A stretch of 64,000 bases of DNA from Deltaproteobacteria bacterium (lineage in GTDB: Bacteria; UBA10199; JACPAL01): contig JACPAL010000018.1 of assembly GCA_016180855.1 (NCBI GenBank), positions 17,066-81,065 on the forward strand, read 5' to 3'. The position numbers and the translations under genes were made by a program. Below, in pieces: positions 27,698 to 36,316 of this stretch. The notes under the pieces are model-generated. The model made no database searches. It was not told the origin of the DNA and saw only the letters and a program-made list of their open reading frames with translations. Every line of letters starts with the position of its first letter. Positions within the stretch are counted from its first letter, which is position 1.

Positions 27698-28084
27698 TTA
27701 GTACCCCCACTGCAACAGAAACAGATCCGGGACCCATTCGCAGAAGGGGGGTGTTTTTTCAAAATCGACAATGATCAAGGCAAAGGAACCGGCTTGGTCA
27801 ACAATCTTTTTCGAGGCGTAATACTGCTGGGCAACACGTGAAATATGAAGCTGTTTCGGATACGGTACGAGCTCATAAGGTGAGACCCCTTCAAGAGAGC
27901 GACGACTCTTGACCTCTACAAAATAAAGGGCCTTCTCTTTTTCGGCAATCAAGTCGATCTCGCCTAAACGACATCGATAATTTCGTTCCCTAATCTGAAA
28001 ACCCCGGTTTTTGAGGAACTGAACCGCCTCCTCTTCCCCTTCCCTCCCCAGCTTTTTCTTTAAGAAATCCGGTTGCATGTTCAT
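27698..28084 (-). CDS. yraN: YraN-family (UPF0102) putative endonuclease
   Basis: GEEEAVQFLKNRGFQIRERNYRCRLGEIDLIA...YFVEVKSRR signature. Confidence 0.7.
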   Translation of the reverse strand: MNMQPDFLKKKLGREGEEEAVQFLKNRGFQIRERNYRCRLGEIDLIAEKEKALYFVEVKSRRSLEGVSPYELVPYPKQLHISRVAQQYYASKKIVDQAGSFALIIVDFEKTPPFCEWVPDLFLLQWGY

Positions 28085-28112
28085 TTGATCCTTGCTAGCA
28101 GGACAATCCTCT

Positions 28113-28304
28113 ATGGCAAGGATTTGTCATTACTGCAACAAAAGGCGGCTCGTTGGCAACAACGTCAGCCATGCCAACAACAAGACCAAAAAGGTCTCTT
28201 ATCCCAATCTTCAGCGGGTTCGGGCTCTGATTGAAGGGGCCGTTCGGAAGGTCTATGCCTGTACGCGTTGCATTCGCTCTGGATCTGTTCAGAAGGCAGC
28301 CTGA
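28113..28304 (+). CDS. rpmB: 50S ribosomal protein L28
   Basis: [27 protein letters not shown]. Start taken at the internal ATG 28113 rather than the upstream ORF start 28092. Confidence 0.85.
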   Translation: MARICHYCNKRRLVGNNVSHANNKTKKVSYPNLQRVRALIEGAVRKVYACTRCIRSGSVQKAA

Positions 28305-28698
28305 GCAAGCCAGCTCAATTTAGCATGTGAAAATGAGTGCCGTTGGTGAAATCTCTTTTTGACCGATAACCAGTCAACGGAGTTGTACTCTACCCCTTGG
28401 CGACCGAGTGGAAGGAGCGATACCTCAACCCGTTTCTCTTGGCCAGAATGAAGCGTGAATGTAAACCCAAGAGAAAAACCGGCGGCAGAGAGGTTTTTGG
28501 AATAAGAGAGAACCAAAAGTGCGATAAGGACTGTTAAGAAAACGATCGGTCGACGGGACATGTTCCTTGTAGGAGCAAAGAACATGCCAACAGCCGTTTG
28601 CTAACCGTCCAATAAGTCTCTATTTTTTAAGACAAATTTGAACCACCTCCAAAAAATGGGGAGAAGAGTCCCAAAACAGAGGGCCAGAAGACCTTAGC

Positions 28699-28758
28699 AG
28701 TCTGTTGACAAAGGGGTTTGAAAGAACGAAGTAGATGGGCCTTTGTCAACATCCTGTT
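28699..28758. repeat. internally deleted family-1 mini-element (about 60 bp) with degenerate TIRs and TTAG flanks on both sides
   Basis: ccTTAGcagtctgttgacaaagg ... gtagatgggcctttgtcaacatcctgTTAGg. Confidence 0.6.
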
Positions 28759-28775
28759 AGGAGGAGAGATTATTT

Positions 28776-29153
28776 TTACTCTCCAATAAGCTTCAAACCA
28801 ACACCACTGGCAAGCAAGACGCCGCTGGTGATAAGAGTTGCCTCATTAATACCACTCACACCTTTTCTGTTAATGAAAATGAGCAATCCAGCCGCAGCGA
28901 CCGTAACGACATCTCCCACGATTACCATAACGTTCTTCTTCTTCCGTTCCGGATCTGTCTCCTTCTTGTACTTCCAGACATTGGCGGCCAACCCGACGAC
29001 GGCCGAGGCAATGCCGATGTAACGAGTCCATTTTGCAAGCCGGTCAAGATAAATGGCACTTTGGCCAAAACTTCTGCTCGCTGTTACCTGCGATACGGCT
29101 GAAGTGGCCCACAGGCCTGGTGTCGCCAAGGCGGCAACGTAACCGATATCCAT
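28776..29153 (-). CDS. hypothetical small membrane protein (125 aa)
   Basis: Three or four hydrophobic helices, positioned downstream of rel. Confidence 0.35.
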   Translation of the reverse strand: MDIGYVAALATPGLWATSAVSQVTASRSFGQSAIYLDRLAKWTRYIGIASAVVGLAANVWKYKKETDPERKKKNVMVIVGDVVTVAAAGLLIFINRKGVSGINEATLITSGVLLASGVGLKLIGE

Positions 29154-29252
29154 ATTCCCCCCTTTTGTTGATGGAAACTGCTCTGCAGAGTCCCCCTCTG
29201 CAAATTTTTCACGCGGAGGATCGATTAAAATTTAGGTTGGTTGCTAAAAAAA

Positions 29253-31412
29253 TCAGGATCTCACACGATCGACCGAGATGACACCTCTGACCTTCTCGAG
29301 CGCCTTCATGAGATGATGAAGGTGACCCAAATCCTGGATACCAACCTCAAAGGTGTTCATCGATTTTTGGTCACCAATCGAGTAGCAGGTCGCCTGGGTG
29401 ATGTTAACCCCTTCTGCAGAGATCGATTTGCTGATCTCCGCCAACAATCCCGGTTTGTCGACGCAAACAACACGAATCTTGGTGGAGATCGGAACCTTCT
29501 CCTTCAAGTCCCAGGAGACCGGTATCCGTCGTGCCGGGTCGGTCGCCAAGACCTTGCTACAGGAGATCGAGTGAACCTTCACCCCCTGTCCACGTGTGAT
29601 AAAGCCGACAATGGAATCCCCGGGAATCGGATTGCAACATTTTCCAAGCGAAACAAGGATGTCATCCTGACCATCCACACGAACGACCCCCTTTGACTTG
29701 AGAAAACCTTTTTTGATCAGCTGAAAAAGCCGTGATTCCTTATCCTCTTCCCCCTCCTTGGCCGTTACCAGTTTTTCGGGTGGGACCAACGCTGAGACAA
29801 CTTGGAAAGGGGTGATCCGGCCATAACCGACCATCGTCTGAAGATGTTCCAGATTCTTGTACCCCTTCTCGCAAAGCAGCTTCTCAAAAGCCACCCCCTT
29901 GAAAAAAGGAGGGCTCTCGAGTCCATGCCGCACAAATTCCCTCTCCAGAAGATCACGCCCCAAGCCGCTCACCCTTTCTATCTGCTCTTCACGAATGAAC
30001 TGACGGATCTTCGCCTTGGCCCGTGAGGTTCCAACAAACTTGAGCCAGTCCTTGGAAGGCTTGTGGCCGGAACTCGTCAGGACCTCCACGGTGTCACCAC
30101 TTCGGAGCTGGTAGCGGAGCGGAACGATCCGTCCGTTGACACGCGCCCCGACACATTGATGCCCGACATGCGTGTGGACCGCGTAGGCAAAATCGACGGG
30201 GGTCGAGCCACGAGGGAATTCCTTCAGATCCCCCTTGGGAGTAAAAACATAAACATCATTCTGAAAGAGATCGAGCTTGACGGTGTCCAGGTATTCAGCC
30301 GGATCGGACAACTCCTTCTGCCACTCCATGAAACGACGGATCCAGCGAAACTTCACCTCATCCTTCGTATCAATTTCTCCTCCCTCCTTGTATCTCCAGT
30401 GAGAGGCGATGCCCCATTCCGCTATCTCGTCCATCTCTTTGGTACGAATCTGAAACTCCATCCTCTGACCTTTTGCATCAATCACGGTGGTATGAAGCGA
30501 CTGATAATTGTTGATCTTGGGAATCCCGATATAGTCCTTGAAACGTCCGGGGACAGGCCTCCAGAGATAATGAATGACGCCCAGGGTCTCATAACACTGG
30601 GGGATCGTCTCCACGATAACACGGAACGCAATCACATCATGCATCTGATCAAAGGTAATCGACTGCTGCTCCATCTTTCGATAAATACTATAGAGGTGCT
30701 TGACGCGCCCCTTGATATCGGCATGAATTCCGTACTCGAGCATTTTCTTTGTCAGGAGTTCGTGAATCTCTCCCATGAAAGAGGTGCTCTTCTTCTCCAG
30801 CTCATCAACCCTGTCTTTTAAATCCCCCCAGACATCCGGCTTCAGATAGCGAAGGCTCAAATTTTCAAGCTCGGAACGGACCTCCTGGATCCCCAACCGG
30901 GCCGCAATCGGGGCATAAATGTCGAGCGTTTCCTGGGCGATCTTGATCTGTCTCTCCTCGGAAAGAAAATTGAGCGTCCTCATGTTATGCAATCGGTCCG
31001 CCAATTTGACGAGGATAACACGAATATCCTCCGCCATCGCCATGAACATCTTTCTGAAGTTCTCGGCCTGTTTCTCCTCTTTGGAGACGAAATTGATCTG
31101 GGAGAGTTTTGTGACACCGTCCACAAGGCGGGCGATCGTCTTGCCGAAAAGCTGTCGGACTTCGTCCAGCGTGACAAAGGTATCCTCCACCGTGTCGTGG
31201 AGAAGGCCTGTCGCAATCGACGGGGCGTCCAGACGCATCTTGGCCAGAATCGAGGCTACCTCAAGCGGGTGGATGAGATACGGCTCACCTGACATCCGGA
31301 GCTGCCCCTGATGAACCTTGGCTGAAAAAACGTACGCCTTGCGGATGAGATCCAGGTCCGCTTCGGGGTTATAGGAATGGAGCTCATCCAGGATGTCTTC
31401 CAGACGGATCAT
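29253..31412 (-). CDS. rel: bifunctional (p)ppGpp synthetase/hydrolase
   Basis: N-terminal HD domain (HPLEV), a RelA/SpoT synthetase domain, then TGS and ACT domains. 719 aa. ATGA overlap with gmk. Confidence 0.9.
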   Translation of the reverse strand: MIRLEDILDELHSYNPEADLDLIRKAYVFSAKVHQGQLRMSGEPYLIHPLEVASILAKMRLDAPSIATGLLHDTVEDTFVTLDEVRQLFGKTIARLVDGVTKLSQINFVSKEEKQAENFRKMFMAMAEDIRVILVKLADRLHNMRTLNFLSEERQIKIAQETLDIYAPIAARLGIQEVRSELENLSLRYLKPDVWGDLKDRVDELEKKSTSFMGEIHELLTKKMLEYGIHADIKGRVKHLYSIYRKMEQQSITFDQMHDVIAFRVIVETIPQCYETLGVIHYLWRPVPGRFKDYIGIPKINNYQSLHTTVIDAKGQRMEFQIRTKEMDEIAEWGIASHWRYKEGGEIDTKDEVKFRWIRRFMEWQKELSDPAEYLDTVKLDLFQNDVYVFTPKGDLKEFPRGSTPVDFAYAVHTHVGHQCVGARVNGRIVPLRYQLRSGDTVEVLTSSGHKPSKDWLKFVGTSRAKAKIRQFIREEQIERVSGLGRDLLEREFVRHGLESPPFFKGVAFEKLLCEKGYKNLEHLQTMVGYGRITPFQVVSALVPPEKLVTAKEGEEDKESRLFQLIKKGFLKSKGVVRVDGQDDILVSLGKCCNPIPGDSIVGFITRGQGVKVHSISCSKVLATDPARRIPVSWDLKEKVPISTKIRVVCVDKPGLLAEISKSISAEGVNITQATCYSIGDQKSMNTFEVGIQDLGHLHHLMKALEKVRGVISVDRVRS

Positions 31413-31984
31413 AGTTTGCGGAGCGCCTTTTCAAGCACCTTTTGAGTCTCCCGAAAGGCGTTCTCCAGATCATCGTTGATGATAACACAATCAAACTTTT
31501 CTTTCTCTCTCATTTCAACGGCAGCCGCCTCAAGCCGCCTCTTGAGCGACGCCTCCGGTTCGGTCCGACGACTCCGAAGCCGCCGTTCCAGAACGGCCTG
31601 TGACGGCGGACTCAAAAAAACGAGACAACTCTCCGGGTAGTTCTTTTTAAAGGTCAGTGCCCCGCGTACATCGATATCCAGGACAATAATCTTCCCGTTC
31701 TGTTGGGCCTTTTCCAAAGCGGCTCGGGGCGTTCCATACAGATAACCATGGACCTCCTCTGACTCGAAAAATTCGCGTCGGTCCTTCATCTCCTTGAATT
31801 TTTCTTGGCTCACAAAATAATAATCAACCCCCTCCTTCTCTCCGGGTCGGGGCGGACGGGTTGTCACCGAGATGGAAGGAACGGTATTCGGAATCTCATT
31901 CAGAATTTTACGGACGAGGGTCGTCTTGCCGGTGCCGGAAGGGGCCGAAATAACAAAAAAGAGTCCTGATTTTTCCCTACTCAA
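31409..31984 (-). CDS. gmk: guanylate kinase
   Basis: P-loop SAPSGTGKTT. 191 aa. Confidence 0.9.
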   Translation of the reverse strand: MSREKSGLFFVISAPSGTGKTTLVRKILNEIPNTVPSISVTTRPPRPGEKEGVDYYFVSQEKFKEMKDRREFFESEEVHGYLYGTPRAALEKAQQNGKIIVLDIDVRGALTFKKNYPESCLVFLSPPSQAVLERRLRSRRTEPEASLKRRLEAAAVEMREKEKFDCVIINDDLENAFRETQKVLEKALRKL

Positions 31985-32837
31985 CGTTCTGGACCTGTTC
32001 TTTAATTCTCTCCAGCTCCGTCTTGAAATCGATCACGCGATGAATCAACTTTGGCCCGACCACTTTCGATCCCAGCGTGTTGATCTCGCGTCCCATCTCC
32101 TGCATGAGAAAATCAAGACGCCTCCCCTTCACGCCTGAAGATCGTAGGGCAGATTGAAACTGGGCGAGGTGACTTTCAAGACGTACAATCTCCTCCGTCA
32201 CATCAGCCCGATTCGCAGCGATTGCCGCCCCCTCCGCAATTTTTTCGTCCGGCAACGTGGTGATATCTTTTAATCGCTGAGCGACCTTCATACGATGTCG
32301 ATGCTGGTTGAAGCCGGCCTCTTTCTCGATCGCCGAGAGAGACCGGCGCAGGACCAAAAGTTTAGCAGAAAACCATTTTCGGAGATGCTCCCCTTCCCTC
32401 TTTCTCATCTTTCGAAGACGACCCAACGCCTCATCAACAACCCGGCCAAGAGGGACCCTCAATCGAGCCGTCTCCTCCCCGCCACCGGATGAAAAGGAAG
32501 AGGTTTGCCCATAAAAGGCAACGAGGTCCGCAACCTGAATGGGACCATTCAGGTGTAGCTCCTTCTGAAACCGCTTCAAAAGACGATAGGATCTCTTGAG
32601 CGCCTCAAAAGCCGACCGCTCACGACTGACGATCTCCTCCTTGATATAAAGATCAATCTTCCCCCTCTGAAACCGGCGTTTCACCCTCTCGATAATGTCC
32701 TGCTCCAGAAGGGCAATCTTTCCGGGGAGCCTGATCGACACCTCACAAAACCGGTGATTGACCGACTTCACCTCGACGGAATAAACCGCCTCTCCCGCCG
32801 CTCCTCGTGAGGAACCGTACCCCGTCATTGATTGCAT
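31977..32837 (-). CDS. yicC: YicC-family stress-induced protein
   Basis: N-terminal MQSMTGYG and conserved yicC-gmk-rel arrangement. Confidence 0.8.
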   Translation of the reverse strand: MQSMTGYGSSRGAAGEAVYSVEVKSVNHRFCEVSIRLPGKIALLEQDIIERVKRRFQRGKIDLYIKEEIVSRERSAFEALKRSYRLLKRFQKELHLNGPIQVADLVAFYGQTSSFSSGGGEETARLRVPLGRVVDEALGRLRKMRKREGEHLRKWFSAKLLVLRRSLSAIEKEAGFNQHRHRMKVAQRLKDITTLPDEKIAEGAAIAANRADVTEEIVRLESHLAQFQSALRSSGVKGRRLDFLMQEMGREINTLGSKVVGPKLIHRVIDFKTELERIKEQVQNVE

Positions 32838-32904
32838 AAGGGAACCTCTAATAATTCAAATTTTCGGCACCTCGAAAAACGGCCCAGCGGTTCGACAAGC
32901 TCAC

Positions 32905-33030
32905 CCTCCTGAGCAAAGTCGAAGGAATGCAAGGCGCCCGCAAGGCCGCGACCGGAGCGTACTTTCGTGGTACGTGAGGACGCGGACGAAGCGGGCAACA
33001 CAGCAGATGGGTAGTTTTTAGAGGTGCCCA
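32905..33030. repeat. family-1 related element with 5' cctgagcaaagtcgaagga module
   Basis: Core alignment to 16253-16345 and 47866-47970. Located upstream of yicC. Confidence 0.75.
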
Positions 33031-33033
33031 TAA

Positions 33034-33690
33034 CTACTCCAGTTTGAGTTTGGTCGACCCCAGCAAAACAACATCCCCTTTCTGAAGGAGCCGTGACTCG
33101 ACCTCAGCGCCATTCACAAAGGTTCCATTTTTACTCACCAAATCCAGAATTCCGACTCCAAGGTCATCATAGAAGATCATGGCGTGGAGACGAGAGATCG
33201 AGGAATCGGCGAGTGTTACATCCCCTTTTCGTTCAAACGCCCCCAACTTTTCGCCCTCACCCACTACCGCCCCCCTCTCCTTGTGAAATTGGGTACTGAC
33301 ATAACTCATGACCACCTTTTTGGAGACATCATCAAGACTGATGTTTGGACTTGAACTGAAAACCCGTGTCTTCTCCGTGTCGTTCAGAGATCTCCCCAAC
33401 GCACGACAACACCCTTTTTCAAGGGTAATCACCTCTCCCTTGTTCTTCCCCTCAACGACCTGAAATTGTATCGCAGGCCCGGCTGCTCCAGAGGCCTGAA
33501 ATAACTGTGTCTCTTCAAAACCGGTCGCCAATTGCTGGGATTCCTCAAGAAGAAGTGTCGGGATTCCCTCTCGAACAGGGAAGCTCAACTGACAGCTGCG
33601 ACAGCCAAGCTTCTCAGTCCCCGCCTCAAATTCCAACCGACCCTTGCATCGGGGACAGGCAAGGATGGAAAGGAGCTCCCGTTGAACCAT
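33034..33690 (-). CDS. Trm112-like zinc-ribbon (DUF343) fused to a C-terminal FHA domain
   Basis: N-terminal LSILACPRCKGRL...GCRSC zinc ribbon. C-terminal FHA signature GRS...ISRLHAMI...LDLVSKNGTFVNG. Confidence 0.65.
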   Translation of the reverse strand: MVQRELLSILACPRCKGRLEFEAGTEKLGCRSCQLSFPVREGIPTLLLEESQQLATGFEETQLFQASGAAGPAIQFQVVEGKNKGEVITLEKGCCRALGRSLNDTEKTRVFSSSPNISLDDVSKKVVMSYVSTQFHKERGAVVGEGEKLGAFERKGDVTLADSSISRLHAMIFYDDLGVGILDLVSKNGTFVNGAEVESRLLQKGDVVLLGSTKLKLE

Positions 33691-33699
33691 AAAATAAGA

Positions 33700-34242
33700 C
33701 TATTCTATCTTTAAGGGGCCTTTGTAACGCTTGTTATAATCCTGAATCACTCGGGTCGTTATATCATCCTTCGATTGGGCGTAAAGAACGGCATCCTGAG
33801 AGGTCTCCACAATAAGGTCATACCCCTCCTTCTTCCCGATCTCCTCACACAACACCCTCAGATTTTTTATGATGGAGACGGTCAACTGGGCCTCCTTCTG
33901 CGCAATCTCCTGGCGATAGTTGGCAAAATTCTTCTGTAAATCGATTAGCTTCTGATTAAACTCCTCCTCCTTGGTCTTGAGGGTCTCGGGGGAGAGAACA
34001 ATTCTCTGTTTGGAAAGACTATCCTGCATTTTTTTAAGCTCATCCTGCTGAAGATCGAGCTTTTTCTGTTTCGCATCAAACTCTCTCTTTAAATCCTCCT
34101 TGGCCTTCTTTCCCTGTTCCACCTTGTTCAACGCCTCCTGGATGCTGACTGTCGCAATCTTCACAGCCCCCGCCGAATGAACCGGCACCGCCATGAGAAA
34201 GGCCAACAAGAGAGCCGTCACACCCGACACCTTAACTGACAT
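33700..34242 (-). CDS. skp: periplasmic chaperone Skp (OmpH family)
   Basis: Signal peptide plus long coiled-coil arms rich in K/E/Q. RBS AGGAGG upstream. Confidence 0.75.
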   Translation of the reverse strand: MSVKVSGVTALLLAFLMAVPVHSAGAVKIATVSIQEALNKVEQGKKAKEDLKREFDAKQKKLDLQQDELKKMQDSLSKQRIVLSPETLKTKEEEFNQKLIDLQKNFANYRQEIAQKEAQLTVSIIKNLRVLCEEIGKKEGYDLIVETSQDAVLYAQSKDDITTRVIQDYNKRYKGPLKIE

Positions 34243-34317
34243 ATCCCGCCTCCTTTTTTTAAATAATAGGGGGTTATACGGCGTTCGTTTTCAAGATGAC
34301 AAGGGGAATGTTTGAAA

Positions 34318-34360
34318 AATCAGGCGTGCTCGTCAGGGATGTTCTATTAAATCAGCACGA
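34318..34360 (-). terminator. possible intrinsic terminator downstream of the 584-aa gene
   Basis: Minus-strand stem cgtgct / agcacg spanning the stop codon, followed by cctgaTTTTT. The loop is large (about 22 nt), so this is weak. Confidence 0.3.
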
Positions 34361-36087
34361 TCAACCAGCATCGTAGCAAAAACGTCACCCGTTTGAGGCC
34401 CTTCTCTTGTCGCAATACCGGACAGATAGGCAATAATTTTTCTTGTATTCCAACCACGCTGACGGAGAGAAGTAACGATTGCTGGAAGATTTTCATAGGC
34501 CAAATAGGTCCGCCAGAGTGAATGGGTCGCCAAATAAGACAAAAAAGAGACCCTCTCTTGCTCAGGGGGGAAGTCCCATCGGAGGGAGGCAACCGCCTCG
34601 GGAAGGACCTTACAGGCCTCTGCGGCCATTCTTCCGCTAAACCGAATGAGGTGGGCCAGAAGGGATGCGGATCCCTGTGCGGTCAATCCACCGGCCTTCA
34701 ATCCAGGAATAGTTTCCGGCAAGACCTTCAAGACCCTCCCCCGATCCTCGGCCGCCTGTCCCTCAAGGCTCGTCATAACGGCCTCGATTTCTTTCGGTCT
34801 CCACCCGACCTGCCTCATCACAAACATGAGGCTTGGAATCCTTTCGATCGTATTGATCTCGGCATTCGCCCGACGATACGCCTCTACAACGGATCTGGCC
34901 CTCTCCGGCCTCACACCCGCGACCACCATGGAGAGCCCATAAAAATCGAGCCCCATCGCTTCTGAAGATCTCGTGGCAAGAACCTGTTCAGCGTGGGGAG
35001 CAATCTGGTCCGGATGGAGTCCTTTCTCCATCAACCAGGGTGCCGCTGAAAGTACCTCATCCGCATCCTTCCCGAACTTTTTCAAAATGCGATTGGTCAG
35101 GTTCCAGGCCTGTCTCCTCAAGACCCATTGTTCTTTTGCCGTAAACGGATTGGCCACCTTGAAATCATAGCCTTTCTCACGCCGCTTTCTGTTTTCGAGC
35201 TGGTGGATCAGAAACGGAACGGCCCGATAATACCGCTCCAACGAGAATCCGTCCCGGCCTAAAACAGAAAGAAGGAGACCCCTATTTTCATCACGCGAAA
35301 AACCCCTTCGCACCAGAACAGAGGCAGCTAATTTCAACTCCTCAATCGCCTGCGGCTCATTTTTGAGGAGAAGGGTCAGGACCCGGATCATCTCCTCATC
35401 AGAGAGTCCGGCTCGTACCAAATCCGGCACAACCTCAAACGCGATCCCTCGTTGGTCCTTCAGATCATTTGAGAGCCGGAGGAGGGTGTTTTCAACCGCC
35501 ACGGGTGAAAGGCCCGCCCCACGCAGAGAGGCAGGGGCCCCACTGAGGGTAAGCGATGTCGAATCCAGGGGAGGGGTCAGTCCCTGAACTAACTTTTCCA
35601 GCACTACCGTGATACGGAGCGGCTCCAATCCACCCTGATGAAGCTCCAGCGCCGCCCGAAGCGCCAATTGATAGAGCTCCTCCCGATCATGACCGACCGC
35701 CTTTTGATCAACAATTTCACGAAAGCGATCAATGTTGACAACTGAAAATCCGGCATCGTCAATAAGGGAACGGGCAATCTCCCTTTTCATACCTCCAAAA
35801 CTTGCATCGAGATTTTCACCCGCTGGATCAAGGCGATGGAATCTTTTTAAGTGTTCAATCCGTTTTGGGTCAAAAAGCGGCTTTTTCCCGAACGTCTCAC
35901 GCGCCTTATTGACCTGCGACATGAGCTCCCACATCTCGAGAGAGGAGGATGCATCGAGATCATAGTGGGCAACAACCTCTCCTCCCTCCGCCTCCCGGAT
36001 AGACCCATCGTGGTCTTTGTCGATGCCATTAAAATCAGAAAGTAGTTCACTAAAACCCTGAATCTTATGAAGATCTCGAATGGCCAT
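34333..36087 (-). CDS. hypothetical 584-aa protein with N-terminal canonical EF-hand loop and degenerate helical repeats
   Basis: DKDHDGSIREAE fits the 12-residue EF-hand loop exactly (D1, D3, D5, G6, I8, E12). Later modules of the form L..G[FW]s..E.. recur about every 20-40 aa (e.g. GLSDEEMIRVL, GFSRDENRGLL, GFSLERYYRAV, GWRPKEIEAV, GWNTRKIIAY). No signal peptide. Confidence 0.6.
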   Translation of the reverse strand: MAIRDLHKIQGFSELLSDFNGIDKDHDGSIREAEGGEVVAHYDLDASSSLEMWELMSQVNKARETFGKKPLFDPKRIEHLKRFHRLDPAGENLDASFGGMKREIARSLIDDAGFSVVNIDRFREIVDQKAVGHDREELYQLALRAALELHQGGLEPLRITVVLEKLVQGLTPPLDSTSLTLSGAPASLRGAGLSPVAVENTLLRLSNDLKDQRGIAFEVVPDLVRAGLSDEEMIRVLTLLLKNEPQAIEELKLAASVLVRRGFSRDENRGLLLSVLGRDGFSLERYYRAVPFLIHQLENRKRREKGYDFKVANPFTAKEQWVLRRQAWNLTNRILKKFGKDADEVLSAAPWLMEKGLHPDQIAPHAEQVLATRSSEAMGLDFYGLSMVVAGVRPERARSVVEAYRRANAEINTIERIPSLMFVMRQVGWRPKEIEAVMTSLEGQAAEDRGRVLKVLPETIPGLKAGGLTAQGSASLLAHLIRFSGRMAAEACKVLPEAVASLRWDFPPEQERVSFLSYLATHSLWRTYLAYENLPAIVTSLRQRGWNTRKIIAYLSGIATREGPQTGDVFATMLVDRADLIEHP

Positions 36088-36112
36088 ATTTTTACCCTCT
36101 CTGGACTACTAT

Positions 36113-36165
36113 AGTATTTCCACTTTTAGCGGATACGACTGTACCCGCTAAAAGTTAGAAATACT
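36113..36165. promoter_or_regulatory. 20-bp imperfect palindrome (core perfect 11-bp IR acttttagcgg-N12-ccgctaaaagt) in AT-rich divergent promoter region
   Basis: agtatttccacttttagcgg atacgactgtac ccgctaaaagttagaaatact. Lies 26-78 nt upstream of the 584-aa gene start and about 150 nt upstream of the 380-aa gene. Confidence 0.45.
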
Positions 36166-36316
36166 TATGGTTTATCAACAAAAATGTACTAACCGAAAGC
36201 TGATCAATCATACATACGTTATCGTCTGGATCACACGCAAGGTTTCCTTAAATTTTGCTTATTTTGGTTATTCCTAAACCGAAACTTTTTAAGTCAACCA
36301 CCGATAATCCCTAAGG

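Noticed and set aside
28289-28585. 98-aa minus-strand ORF overlapping the 3' end of rpmB
   Set aside because: Overlaps the L28 stop region. No RBS and no conservation signal. At most a small TM peptide. Left uncalled.
29176-29215. Hairpin ctctgcagag...ctctgcaaattttt between rel and the downstream membrane ORF as a rel terminator
   Set aside because: The T-run follows the stem only on the plus strand, whereas rel is on the minus strand. It could terminate antisense transcripts but is not the rel terminator.
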